Part shown: positions 6,597-16,179 of the stretch, piece after piece
How the letters are laid out: every line of letters starts with the position of its first letter
Numbering within the stretch: the first letter of the stretch is position 1
From: a virus
Taxonomy: Duplodnaviria > Caudoviricetes
Virus record (IMG/VR): IMGVR_UViG_3300023261_000005
Coordinates: 1-35,570 of that record
Direction: 5' to 3' (one strand)
Length of the DNA: 35,570 bases
Notes under the pieces: generated by a model
Told to the model about the DNA's origin: nothing
The model's input: only the letters and a program-made list of their open reading frames with translations
Database searches by the model: none
Position numbers and translations under genes: made by a program

Positions 6597-8822
6597 TCAG
6601 TACCGCGTTGTCAGTTGGGTGTACAGGCGCGCGTCGTCCTGCGTGAGCTCGACCGGGATGTCGGCAACGATCACATACGCCTGCCCACAGGTGAGTACCG
6701 GCCAGGTCGCCGGTGTCCCCTTTGAGCCGTACAACAGGTGGTCTGCACTGATCGCTTCCAGCCCCCCGACCTCGGCGTACACGCGCTGGTGCACCCCGTC
6801 GATGGTCATCACCGTGTGCATCGGCACGTACGAGATGATCTGCTCGCTGATCCAGCCGTGGCTGAGATCGACGAGGTCGATCGGCAGTTCGGTCGGATTC
6901 GGGTAGAGCCGGATGCGCACCTGGTTGACGGCCTTCGTGGTGGTCACGATCTCGAAGGTCGGCACGACGTTGAGGTACTCGGAGATCATGCCCGTGGGGA
7001 TCGCTGCGATGGCACGACGCCAGAGTGCCGCGTCTGTCACGCACGCATTCTCGATGACGGGCGGACGCGGCGGTGTCGGCGGGAGGCAGGCGGGATCAAG
7101 GATCGCCCGCGCCCCGATCCGCTGCGACTCGAGCACTTCGAGATTCGCCTGCTCGATCGGCGTCCGCGTGGATGTCGAGGCATTCGGCTTCGCGGGGTCC
7201 GACCACTCGTAGACGTACACCCCATCGGTCAGCATCGACCCGTCGAAGTAGGGGAACTGCTCGTTCAGCGAGATCATCGCCCCGTCAAGCTCGATGGACT
7301 CCCCGCCGAGCCACTTCGACCAGCCAGTTCCGGAGACGTCGATGACGCGCACGACGGCGTGAACCGCGGTGGCGGGGGCAGTCCCGCCACCGACCAGACG
7401 CGCCCATGTCCCGCCCGCCACGACAGTCGCTGCGCCAACCGACCTCGAGATGAGAGTGCCGGCCGTCGTAAGCCAGGTGACCTCCGCGGCGAGCCGCTGT
7501 GACCGGCTCGGCCGGACAGAGATCGACCCGATGTATGGCGAGCCGCCAGAGACGTCCGTCCAGTACGGAGCGAGATCCTGCTGGCCGGCACGGAGCCCTG
7601 CCGTCGTGGCGTCCCTGGACAGCTGCACCCGGGCCGCATAGACCGACCCGAAGATCCCCGCCGTGATGCGGTAGAGAACACCGGCGCCGCCGCTGGTCGT
7701 GAACTCGGCCTCCCAGCCCATCACGCCCTTCGCGGTGGCGATGGATGTCGAGGCGTGCGGAGAGGCCGGCACCGACCAGGAGTAGTCGAGATCGCCACTC
7801 GCCGGGCTCGCCGTGTCACCGTCGAAGTAGTCACCGGGATCGGTGTTCGGCTTCGGCTGCGCCAGCGTGACGGTCGTCGAGATCGGGCTGGTGTACCCAC
7901 CGATACGTGCGGATGCCCGGTACTCGTAGGTCAGCCCCGGAGTGAGGGGGGTGACGGTATACGTCGTGCCAGTGGTCACCGCGGTCCACGGTGTGGTGCC
8001 TTGGAGGCGCCACTCCAAGGTGTAGGAGTCCACGCCCGTGACCCCACCCGGGGGCGACATCGTCGCGACAGATGACGTACCCGACGGCGAGGCCGACACG
8101 GACAGGCCGGGCGGAGTGGCGGGGAGCGTCGTCTGGCTGATCGCTGCCGACCACGGGCCCCAGCCCGCCGACGTGTGCGAGCGCACCCTGACGTAGTACT
8201 TCGTGCTTGGCGTCAGAGAGAAAGGGGGTGCGGCAGTACAGGGCTGGGTGAAGCCCTGCGGACCTTCATCGGTCCAGACGACGTTGGTGAATCCGCTGTC
8301 GGTGGCCCACTGTGCCTGGTCAGAGCGGTCAAGACTGTCATGCGAACTGCGGTCGTAGTACACGCCGAAGCAGGTCGCGGTGACCGAGCCACCGGCGATG
8401 CGGAGGTTGTACGGCGCATACGGCAGGACGACGTAGTCCGTCGCGTTGACGTAGATCAGGTTGACGCCATCGTAGGCGATGCTGTTGAACGAGGTGCCGT
8501 ACACCTCGCCCGCGAGCACGCCGATGTCGATGCCGTTCAGTGACCCGTTTGCACCGTGGTCTATGGTTCGACCGCGCTCCGCGATCATCTTCCACGAGCC
8601 GGACACGCTGACCGCGCCCGTCCAGTTCCCGTCGCTCCCGCCGAGGCGGAAGGTGAAGTAGGCGCTCGGGCCGTACGTGGTGAAGCCGTTCGTCTTCGCC
8701 CACAGTGCGGCGTACACGTCCGACCTGTTATCACCCCGGTCGGTAACGGACCAGCGGACTTCCAGCGAGCCGCCGTACCAGTCATACTTCCGCAGCGGGA
8801 AGGTTCCTGATTGATTCGCCAT
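6597..8822 (-). CDS. minor tail protein: N-terminal beta domain, two FN3 domains, CBM-like domain, Dit-like C-terminal part
   Basis: Start re-called at 8822 after AGGAGGG SD; FN3 signatures LTPSTKYYVRVRS...GWGPWS and LTPGLTYEYRASA; C-terminal DPACLPPTPPRPP...IDG...W..L.CG. Confidence 0.85.
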   Translation of the reverse strand: MANQSGTFPLRKYDWYGGSLEVRWSVTDRGDNRSDVYAALWAKTNGFTTYGPSAYFTFRLGGSDGNWTGAVSVSGSWKMIAERGRTIDHGANGSLNGIDIGVLAGEVYGTSFNSIAYDGVNLIYVNATDYVVLPYAPYNLRIAGGSVTATCFGVYYDRSSHDSLDRSDQAQWATDSGFTNVVWTDEGPQGFTQPCTAAPPFSLTPSTKYYVRVRSHTSAGWGPWSAAISQTTLPATPPGLSVSASPSGTSSVATMSPPGGVTGVDSYTLEWRLQGTTPWTAVTTGTTYTVTPLTPGLTYEYRASARIGGYTSPISTTVTLAQPKPNTDPGDYFDGDTASPASGDLDYSWSVPASPHASTSIATAKGVMGWEAEFTTSGGAGVLYRITAGIFGSVYAARVQLSRDATTAGLRAGQQDLAPYWTDVSGGSPYIGSISVRPSRSQRLAAEVTWLTTAGTLISRSVGAATVVAGGTWARLVGGGTAPATAVHAVVRVIDVSGTGWSKWLGGESIELDGAMISLNEQFPYFDGSMLTDGVYVYEWSDPAKPNASTSTRTPIEQANLEVLESQRIGARAILDPACLPPTPPRPPVIENACVTDAALWRRAIAAIPTGMISEYLNVVPTFEIVTTTKAVNQVRIRLYPNPTELPIDLVDLSHGWISEQIISYVPMHTVMTIDGVHQRVYAEVGGLEAISADHLLYGSKGTPATWPVLTCGQAYVIVADIPVELTQDDARLYTQLTTRY

Positions 8823-8832
8823 GTCATCCCTC

Positions 8833-11800
8833 CTAAGGCGTCGTGATGGCCGCGGCGTCCGCGTACAGCCGGATGAGGGCACCTGAGGACCACGACGTGA
8901 CATTGAGGCGAGCCTCGATGACGGCCTTGACGGTGCCTGCCGTTGGGAGCAGCTTGTCGACCGACTTGGCTCCTCCCGTCGCTGGGCCTGATCCGAAGAA
9001 GACGGAGCCGAGGACTACATCCGAGGCGTTCAACCAGAACACGACGTACTCGATGGTCCCGAGCACCGCGGTGCCGGACTGGATGCTCGCTGTTGCCCAG
9101 AGATTGACCGAGTAGCGCGTAGTCGAGGTGTGGCCCGGCAGAGCCACCGTCTGCTGGGTGCCGAAATAGCCCGCCGTGTTCGTCGTGTTCGCGGTGAACA
9201 GCGCCTTGACCGACTTCGTGCCCACCGAGGCAGGATCGGTGGGTGTCACGCCCTGCGAGATCCCCACCTGCGCCGGCAGGATCTTGGTCCCGTCGGCGAC
9301 GACGACCCAGTTGGTCACGTTCGTCTCCGCTGAGGGGTTCGTCACGAAGTTCGTCGAGGCGACCACGGTCCCCGACTCGAGCTCTGCCGAGGGGTACGGC
9401 ACGAGGTTGAAGGGGACATCCTGAATGACGTCGGTGAACCCCGGGGGCTTGTCCAGGATCATCGTCGTGCCGAACAGCCAGGGGACAGCGGAGACCAGGA
9501 CGAACTCGACCACGTATCCCCAGGCGTCCCCGCGATGGAACTTCTCCACGACCGTCGGCCCGGCAACGCATGTCGTGGTGTGCATGTAGCGGACGACCTT
9601 GTCGACAGCCGCCTGCCACTTCCCCTCGTCCTCTATGGCGATGACGCTGCCTGTCGTCGCGACGGACGTCGAGGCGTCAGCCGTCCCGGTCCACTCGTAC
9701 GTGCCGACGAACGCCCCAGGCACTTCCATCTCGGCCACGGTGGAGTCGGGGAACGCGCCGTCGAAGTAAGGGCCGTCGTACGCCCCGGCCACGACGAGCA
9801 CGCTGTCGTACCAGACGTCCACGCCGGCAACCGTGGAACCGCGGAAGATGAGGCGCTTGGATGCGACCCAGTCAGCCGGGATGGTCACCGTCGTGCTCCA
9901 CTGCTGAGTCCCGCTCAGTGCAGTGGACGCAGGGATGATCACGAGGTTGCGGAGAGCGCCGCTGGCCTCACTGAGGGTCACCGCGCCCGACAAGGTCGTG
10001 GGGGTGTCGACGTGGGTGACCATGTTGACGGTGACACTCTGGCCGGACGCGATGGTCGACAGAGTGAAGTACCGGTAGCGATCGCTGGATGTAGTGTCCG
10101 TCACGATCATGCGCAGGCTCTTGGCACGGTCACTCGACCACTGTGTAGACAGGGTGCCCTGGATGCCGTTCGTCCCGTTCAGTCCCGCCACGAGCGTGAC
10201 CGTCTGTGTGCTCGTGCTCGCGTGCGCCGTGCCCGTCCAGGCGTATGTGGAGTCAGGGCTGTAGAGGTAGGACGGCGAGTTGTTCGCCGTCCCCTCCCAG
10301 GCTGCAGTGAGGACGCCGACAGTGGTCGCCCCGTCGAAGAACTCGCCGGGGACAGTCTTTCCCTCCTCCACGAGGAGCCCTGTCAGTCCGAAGGTTTCTG
10401 ATCCTGAGCCTGCCGTCGTGCGTCGCAGGCCGATGAATACGTTGGCCGTGGTGGCGGTGAAGGTAAGCGTCATCAGGCGCCACGTCCCGTCGCCGATGAC
10501 GATGGCTGTCGCCAGCGCCGGGTCCATGCCCGTGGAGTCTCCGGCTCGGAGCTCCCACGACCCGCCGCCTGCCTGCGTCACCCGCACCCACACCGAGACG
10601 GCATAGGTGAAGCCCGGTGTGACTCGGTTGGTCAGGTCTGCGTACAGGCGCCGGGTGGTCGGCACGGCCGATTGGGTCTGCTGGTACGCCCACGAGAATC
10701 CGGGCAGATCCGTCACCGCGACACGCGATCCAGTGCCGCCCGAGACTGCCCACCCGGTGGACGCTGTCGCCAGCTGCGGGTTCGGGGCGACATTCCGCCG
10801 CTCCTTCGCCACGGTCGCGCCGTCGAAGTACGGGCCAGTGTAGGTGCCGTCCACGATGAGCACCTGGTCGATGTCGATGATGTCGCCCACCGCGTGCGAG
10901 CTCCCCGCGCCTGGGATCAGAAGTCCCGTCGCCCCTGACGATGTGGACGTCGTCAGGACGGTAGTGCGGAAGGGGGTCCATACGCCGACCGGCGCCGTGA
11001 AGGGCGTGCCGTTCGTATTGCCGATGCGCGGCGTGAAGATCTGCGTGCGCGTCATTGGGCGCACTACGCCCATCATCGTGTACGTGGCCCCGTTCGTCAC
11101 CGACGCCGAAGTCACGGGGAACCCGATGGCTGTGGGCGATCCCGCCGTGAGCACGAACCGCAGAGACCTCGTGCCGGAATGGGGCGCCGAGAGGGTGCTG
11201 TACCGCAGCGCCTGCGTCCCTGGCGGAGCGGTGACGTTTGCCGGTTCCGCGCCATTCTGCGAGCTCGCGCTCGCGTGTGCCGTGCCCTGCCACAGGTGGT
11301 AGTAGTCTCCCTGGACTCCTGTCGAGCCGTCGAAATAGGTGCCGAGGGTGAGGGACTCTTCGATCAGCACGCTGTCGACGTACGTCTGGAACGCGGGGTC
11401 GGTGGCAGAGCCTGCGCACCCGATGCCGATGAGCGCGCCGGTCGCGTTGGAGGGGATGGTGAATGTCGTGGAGATGCGCTGCCACCCGACCGTGTTCGTG
11501 CCCTGTGTGCCGAAGACGGGGACCAGGGTCGAGCCGTCGATCGAGTACCAGCAGAGGATGCGATTCTGCCGCGAGGTCGCCGCGTTGCTCGGCGATGCCA
11601 GCGCGATCGGCATGTTGACCCATGCGCTGATGGTGTACGTCTTGCCGGCGAGGATGCCAGTCGGGAAGACGGTCGCGCTGCCGGAGGAAAGGCGGAGATC
11701 GCCGGTCGTGCTCGAGGCAGCCGCCGTGGTGACCAGCACCGACGCCGTCCCGTCGTGCTTGTCGACAGTGCTCCGCGCTATTGTCGCGCTGCCCCCCGAC

Positions 11801-12522
11801 CACCCGGCGGTGTCCACCTCGAAGCCAGGGTTGATTGCGAGGTTGTAGCGCAGTGGCACGGGGAATGCCGTGGTCGTCTCGAACGCCGGGTTCGGCGCGA
11901 TGTTCGTTCGCATCGCGAACGCCGTGCCCGTGGCTGCCTCGAACGAGGGGTTCGTGACGAGGTTCGTCAGCGGGGTGTTCCAGAAGACCTCCGGCGAGGT
12001 GAACTCTCTGCGCAGCGGAGGGCACGAGGTGAAGAACATGGCATTGGCGCTCCCCGTGCAGCTGCCCTCATGCGAGTGCAGCTGGGTGCAGCGCAGCGGG
12101 CGCAGAGCGGCGTCCAGCCAGGAGAAGCCCGCCTCGAGAGCGTCCTCTCCGCGGGCGGAGAGCACCGCCTCCACGCGCACCCGGCGCGTGGTGTTGCGCA
12201 CGCGGCCGACGACGCCGCCGGGAGTGATCGCCTCCTGTGCCTTCCCCTCCCGCGTTGAACCGGGGAGGTTCTCCATCTTGAGCCCGTGGACTCCGAGGAA
12301 GCGTGCCGTCGTCTCGTCCCGGGGGTCATACCAGGGGGCGTCCTCGATGTTCTCGATGTCGTATGGGCGACCCTCGTTGTCGATCTGCTGGATGCCCTCG
12401 CACGCCGGATGGTTCAGCCAGCTGACCGAGCAATCCCCTGACTGCATGTACCCCACGGCGCGGGAGTCGTTGATGATCTCTGTCTCGCCGAACTGCAAGA
12501 AGCCCTCGTAAACGGGACTCAC
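8833..12522 (-). CDS. large minor tail protein (evolved Dit-like) with multiple CBM4/9-like domains
   Basis: First gene after tape measure; YEGFLQFGETEIIN and APWYDP...FLG core motifs; repeated NxxxNPxFE openers and YFDG...WxGTAxAS closers. Confidence 0.85.
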   Translation of the reverse strand: MSPVYEGFLQFGETEIINDSRAVGYMQSGDCSVSWLNHPACEGIQQIDNEGRPYDIENIEDAPWYDPRDETTARFLGVHGLKMENLPGSTREGKAQEAITPGGVVGRVRNTTRRVRVEAVLSARGEDALEAGFSWLDAALRPLRCTQLHSHEGSCTGSANAMFFTSCPPLRREFTSPEVFWNTPLTNLVTNPSFEAATGTAFAMRTNIAPNPAFETTTAFPVPLRYNLAINPGFEVDTAGWSGGSATIARSTVDKHDGTASVLVTTAAASSTTGDLRLSSGSATVFPTGILAGKTYTISAWVNMPIALASPSNAATSRQNRILCWYSIDGSTLVPVFGTQGTNTVGWQRISTTFTIPSNATGALIGIGCAGSATDPAFQTYVDSVLIEESLTLGTYFDGSTGVQGDYYHLWQGTAHASASSQNGAEPANVTAPPGTQALRYSTLSAPHSGTRSLRFVLTAGSPTAIGFPVTSASVTNGATYTMMGVVRPMTRTQIFTPRIGNTNGTPFTAPVGVWTPFRTTVLTTSTSSGATGLLIPGAGSSHAVGDIIDIDQVLIVDGTYTGPYFDGATVAKERRNVAPNPQLATASTGWAVSGGTGSRVAVTDLPGFSWAYQQTQSAVPTTRRLYADLTNRVTPGFTYAVSVWVRVTQAGGGSWELRAGDSTGMDPALATAIVIGDGTWRLMTLTFTATTANVFIGLRRTTAGSGSETFGLTGLLVEEGKTVPGEFFDGATTVGVLTAAWEGTANNSPSYLYSPDSTYAWTGTAHASTSTQTVTLVAGLNGTNGIQGTLSTQWSSDRAKSLRMIVTDTTSSDRYRYFTLSTIASGQSVTVNMVTHVDTPTTLSGAVTLSEASGALRNLVIIPASTALSGTQQWSTTVTIPADWVASKRLIFRGSTVAGVDVWYDSVLVVAGAYDGPYFDGAFPDSTVAEMEVPGAFVGTYEWTGTADASTSVATTGSVIAIEDEGKWQAAVDKVVRYMHTTTCVAGPTVVEKFHRGDAWGYVVEFVLVSAVPWLFGTTMILDKPPGFTDVIQDVPFNLVPYPSAELESGTVVASTNFVTNPSAETNVTNWVVVADGTKILPAQVGISQGVTPTDPASVGTKSVKALFTANTTNTAGYFGTQQTVALPGHTSTTRYSVNLWATASIQSGTAVLGTIEYVVFWLNASDVVLGSVFFGSGPATGGAKSVDKLLPTAGTVKAVIEARLNVTSWSSGALIRLYADAAAITTP

Positions 12523-12528
12523 CTCCCC

Positions 12529-15500
12529 TTATGCGCCGATGCGCTCCGCTATACGGTTCACGACGTTGGTCGCAGTGGTCTCTGGTGCCATGCTGCCCTG
12601 CACGACGATAGCCCCCTGGGCGATGTTGACGACCTTCGACGGGCCGCCGGCAGGCGCCCCGTCGGACTGCCTCTGCACCATCCCCTGGGCGATGGCACTG
12701 AGGCCGCGGACAGCAGGGTCAACCTGGCTGAGCGGACGGCGCAGTGGGACGATCGCCTCGGGCCCCGCCTCTCCCACCAGGAATCGACGAGGACCGAGGA
12801 CCAGCGCGCCAGAGGCGGCTGCCCCGCCGCCGCCCCCGCCGCCGCCGGGAGCCCTGCCCCCCTGGCTGAACAAGTCCTGAAGGCGCGCGATGGCTGTGCC
12901 GATCGGGCCGAAGATCCGGTCGATCACTCCAAGGATCGTGTTGATCGTCCTGACGACGGTCGCGAGCAGGCCGACCCAGAAGGCGTTCCAGTCGCCGGTG
13001 ACACCGCTGTACCAACTCGAGATGGTGAGGGCCGCGTTCACCAGCCCTGCGAGGATGGTCGCCTGAATGTCCTTGAAGGTCCCCACAGGATCCTTCTTCA
13101 GGTCCTCGAAGAAGGAGTTCCACTCCCCGATGGTGCGACCGAACCACTCCATGAACCCTGCGAAGATCTCCGCCTGCCAGGTGCTGATCGTCGACGTGAT
13201 CGTGCCCCATGCATCGTCCGAGACGGGACGGAGCCCTGCCCAGAAGTTCCCCCATTCGACGCCCATGTCACCGAGCCACGTCCCGAACTCCGTGGTCACT
13301 CCCGATGCCCACGCGCCGATCGACTCAGCGATCGCGAACCAGAGCTCCGGGTTGTTCAACTCGGCCCAGAGGAGGCTCCAATTGGCACCAAGGTCCGCCC
13401 AGCCCGTGGAGACCTGCGCCCAGATCCCCTCGAAGATCATCGGCAGGTTCAGGATGAACGATCCGGGGTCCATAGTCGCCGACTCAAGCATCGACAGCGC
13501 GTTCTCGAGCGGGTTGTCACTGGTCCGCCACTCGTCGGGGACGAGCGAGGCGAACCAGGTGACCAGTTCCGCCTGAAACAGACCAGGGGGGCCAGAGACG
13601 AGGGCGGCGGTGAGCTTGAGGCCCGTGTCGTTGAAGGTGGCCTCGAAGTCGGTGAACAGGGAGTAGATATACCCGATGCCAGCACCGATGGCGGAACCCC
13701 ACCAGCCGAACATGCGCCCCCAGGCGGCACCCGTGAGGGTGTTCTCGGCGACGTTGCTCTCCACGTCGAGCGAGTCCCAGAACTCGTCGGGGATGAAGGA
13801 CACTGCGGTGATCGCGGCGACCGTGGCGATCCCCCCACCGATCCTCTTCAACTTCCCGGTGTCGAACTTCTTGACCTTCTCGCCACCCACGCCGACGGAA
13901 GACGAGAACAGCAGGAAGTCAGCGGCGAGCGTGCCCAGCTTGACCACCTTGATGGCCAGGAGTCCCCCCGCGATCAGGAGCAGTGCGTCCGCGATCTCCT
14001 TCGGGTGCTCTTCCATGAAGTCGGCGAGTCCCTGCACGAATGGGGCGAGCGCCTCGGCGATGTCCTCGATGATGGGCGCGAGCCGGTCGATCCCGGCCTC
14101 GAAGATGTCGTTGAACGCTCCGGCGAGATCCTCCATCGGCTCCTTCAGGGGCTTCAGTGCCTCGCCGAACTCGAACACCGCGGTGGCGATCAGGCCGAAG
14201 GGGTCAAGCTCTCCGATGATGTTGGTCAGGTCCGCGAGGGGGCCTTCGACGATGTCGCCGAGAGTGTCCAGCATGCTCGTGGTGCGGTCGATCGCTTCCT
14301 GAGTGACGACCTGGTCGAAGAACTCTCCGATCTTCGGCAGCTGCTCGATGAGCGTGTCGAAGATGTCCTCTCCACCGGAGAAGAACGTATCCAGCGATTC
14401 GGCACCCTCGACCGACTTCATCCAGTCATCCCAGGCGGTGAAGGCGTCCCCGAGGGTCTCCACCATGCGGTCGCCAGATTCCTTACCCTCCCCGAAGAAT
14501 GTCCCCAGGGCCTCGCCGATGTCCCCGATCGCGTCCAGCCAGATCTCGAACGAGTCGACCATTCCGTCGATGGTGTCCTGCAGTTCGCCCGAGTCGAACT
14601 TCTTCTGGATGTCCTTCTCCCAGGCTTCACCGACGTCGGAGAGCTTCTCGCTGAGCTTCTTCAATGACGGGGATGCCGCCGCGAAGATGTTCAGCAGCCC
14701 ACCAGTCAGCGATGCCGCAGCCCCGCCGATGTTTGCGATCGAGTCCGGGATGTCGGTCTCCATCGCGGTCTGGAAGTTCTTGTACGCCGGGGACTTCAGG
14801 ACCTTCGTGAACGCCTTGGTGACCTTGCCGAGCGCTGCTCCTGCACGCTCGCCCATCTTGTCGTTACGCCACAGATCCGCGAGTGTCTCTGTGAACTCGG
14901 CAAGCGCGGGCCCCCAGGCCCGAGCGAATGCCCGAGAGTCACCCTCGGCAGCCTTCGCGAGATTGTCCATCCCGGTTTGCGCGGCAGGGAACTCATCCTT
15001 CATCAGCTTCGCTGCCGACACGGCGTGGAGGATCGTCCACCCGAGTCCCAGAATGGCTGGTCCTGCGACAGCAGCGAGGCCACCGATCGCCGCCCCCGCT
15101 GATCCGATCAGCCCTGACAGCGCGGCACTCGCCCCGGACAGCACTACAGATAGCGGCTCGAGGGCCCCGGCAACCAGGCCGACGATCGCCCCAGTAGACA
15201 GGCCACCCTTGCCGCCCAGGAACGACTTCATGCCGGAGAAGAAGGGCTTGGAGCGCCTGTCGGCGTCCTCGCTGGCCTTTCCGACCTTCTTGATGGACTC
15301 CGCAGTCTTGTCGGATTCCACGCTCGTGTCAGCAAGGGCGGGCATGAGTCGACTGCGGAGGTTGTCTGCGAAGAGATCAGTGGTCTTATTGAGGGACTCC
15401 ATCTCCTCTTTTGTGATGACCAGCTTGTTGCTCAGTCGACCCTTGCTGTCGAGAATGTTCTCCTCGTTCAGTGCGCTGATCGAGGTCTTGAGGTGCAGGA

Positions 15501-15852
15501 CGGCGGCATCAACACTGCCGAACCGATCCACCAGATCGTCGAAGCCGTGCTGATCGAACAGCGCGTTGGCGATGTCGATCCGCTTCTCGCGGACACGCTT
15601 CAGTGCGACGTCAGCGAAGTCGTCCGCGAGCTTACGGCCGCCAAGCTTGCCCGCCTTGGAGAGATCGTCCGCCGTCTTCTGTGCGAACTTCGACAGGTGA
15701 GGCCCGGCGGCGGCGGAGAACTCCTTGCCGAAATCGTCACCAGCTTCGTCACCCGACGCGCCGATCTGCTTCGCCAGCCGCCTCGCCTGCCGGGGGAGAC
15801 GGCTGCCATCGAGCCCGACGAGGAACTCTACCCGACCAATCACATCGGCCAC
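12529..15852 (-). CDS. tape measure protein (1107 aa)
   Basis: Long Ala/Gly-rich helical protein with periodic W/F repeats, hydrophobic stretches and C-terminal GPxxxLVGEAGPEAIVPL; follows the chaperone. Confidence 0.95.
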   Translation of the reverse strand: MADVIGRVEFLVGLDGSRLPRQARRLAKQIGASGDEAGDDFGKEFSAAAGPHLSKFAQKTADDLSKAGKLGGRKLADDFADVALKRVREKRIDIANALFDQHGFDDLVDRFGSVDAAVLHLKTSISALNEENILDSKGRLSNKLVITKEEMESLNKTTDLFADNLRSRLMPALADTSVESDKTAESIKKVGKASEDADRRSKPFFSGMKSFLGGKGGLSTGAIVGLVAGALEPLSVVLSGASAALSGLIGSAGAAIGGLAAVAGPAILGLGWTILHAVSAAKLMKDEFPAAQTGMDNLAKAAEGDSRAFARAWGPALAEFTETLADLWRNDKMGERAGAALGKVTKAFTKVLKSPAYKNFQTAMETDIPDSIANIGGAAASLTGGLLNIFAAASPSLKKLSEKLSDVGEAWEKDIQKKFDSGELQDTIDGMVDSFEIWLDAIGDIGEALGTFFGEGKESGDRMVETLGDAFTAWDDWMKSVEGAESLDTFFSGGEDIFDTLIEQLPKIGEFFDQVVTQEAIDRTTSMLDTLGDIVEGPLADLTNIIGELDPFGLIATAVFEFGEALKPLKEPMEDLAGAFNDIFEAGIDRLAPIIEDIAEALAPFVQGLADFMEEHPKEIADALLLIAGGLLAIKVVKLGTLAADFLLFSSSVGVGGEKVKKFDTGKLKRIGGGIATVAAITAVSFIPDEFWDSLDVESNVAENTLTGAAWGRMFGWWGSAIGAGIGYIYSLFTDFEATFNDTGLKLTAALVSGPPGLFQAELVTWFASLVPDEWRTSDNPLENALSMLESATMDPGSFILNLPMIFEGIWAQVSTGWADLGANWSLLWAELNNPELWFAIAESIGAWASGVTTEFGTWLGDMGVEWGNFWAGLRPVSDDAWGTITSTISTWQAEIFAGFMEWFGRTIGEWNSFFEDLKKDPVGTFKDIQATILAGLVNAALTISSWYSGVTGDWNAFWVGLLATVVRTINTILGVIDRIFGPIGTAIARLQDLFSQGGRAPGGGGGGGGAAASGALVLGPRRFLVGEAGPEAIVPLRRPLSQVDPAVRGLSAIAQGMVQRQSDGAPAGGPSKVVNIAQGAIVVQGSMAPETTATNVVNRIAERIGA

Positions 15853-15891
15853 GGGTACACCTCCACTGATACCCCTGCCATCAGGCTCCCT

Positions 15892-16179
15892 CTAGGTCAA
15901 AGTGCCTTGGGCCCGCCTGAACAGTGACATCTCTTCGTCGACCTGGGCCTGGCTCACTCTACCGCCACCCCCCGGACCCCTGATAGGAGCATTGAGATCG
16001 CTGATCCACTGCTCGCGCGCATCGTCCGCGATGCGATCGAGACACCAGACGTAGACGTAGTTCAGGAAGCGGCTCGGGCTGAGCTTGAGGGAATCGACCC
16101 CTGCCCCCGTGAGCGCCCCGTCGATTTCTGCCCACCGCTGGCCTGTGATGGCAAGTAGTCGGTAGGCCGCTTGGTAGGG
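15892..16179 (-). CDS. tail assembly chaperone frameshift extension (-1 frame), not in ORF track
   Basis: PYQAAYRLLAITGQRWAEIDGALTGAGVDSLKLSPSRFLNYVYVWC...GTLT*; no ATG/GTG/TTG start for the N-terminal part; fills the gap to the tape measure gene. Confidence 0.72.
   Translation of the reverse strand, partial: PYQAAYRLLAITGQRWAEIDGALTGAGVDSLKLSPSRFLNYVYVWCLDRIADDAREQWISDLNAPIRGPGGGGRVSQAQVDEEMSLFRRAQGTLT

Noticed and set aside
8822-8903. Upstream-extended starts in the ORF track (8903, 17183, 18543, 25767, 31005, 33198, 34804, 35560)
   Set aside because: They overlap upstream genes or leaders; downstream starts have SD sequences or stop/start coupling.
10253-12025. 590-aa alternative-frame ORF and similar long overlapping ORFs (2810..3973, 14303..15553, 21013..22398, 22574..23893, 24346..25692)
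   Set aside because: They overlap well-supported genes and have the Arg/His/Pro-rich or Ser-rich composition typical of off-frame GC-rich DNA.
4054-12522. Diversity-generating retroelement or invertase shufflon acting on tail genes
   Set aside because: No reverse transcriptase or invertase in the window, and no near-identical TR/VR pair or inverted crossover sites seen; the repeats are diverged at protein level.
12820-12850. GCC/CCG microsatellite-like runs (also ~3285-3310 and ~23215-23235)
   Set aside because: They encode poly-Gly linkers with mixed codons; no evidence of phase variation.
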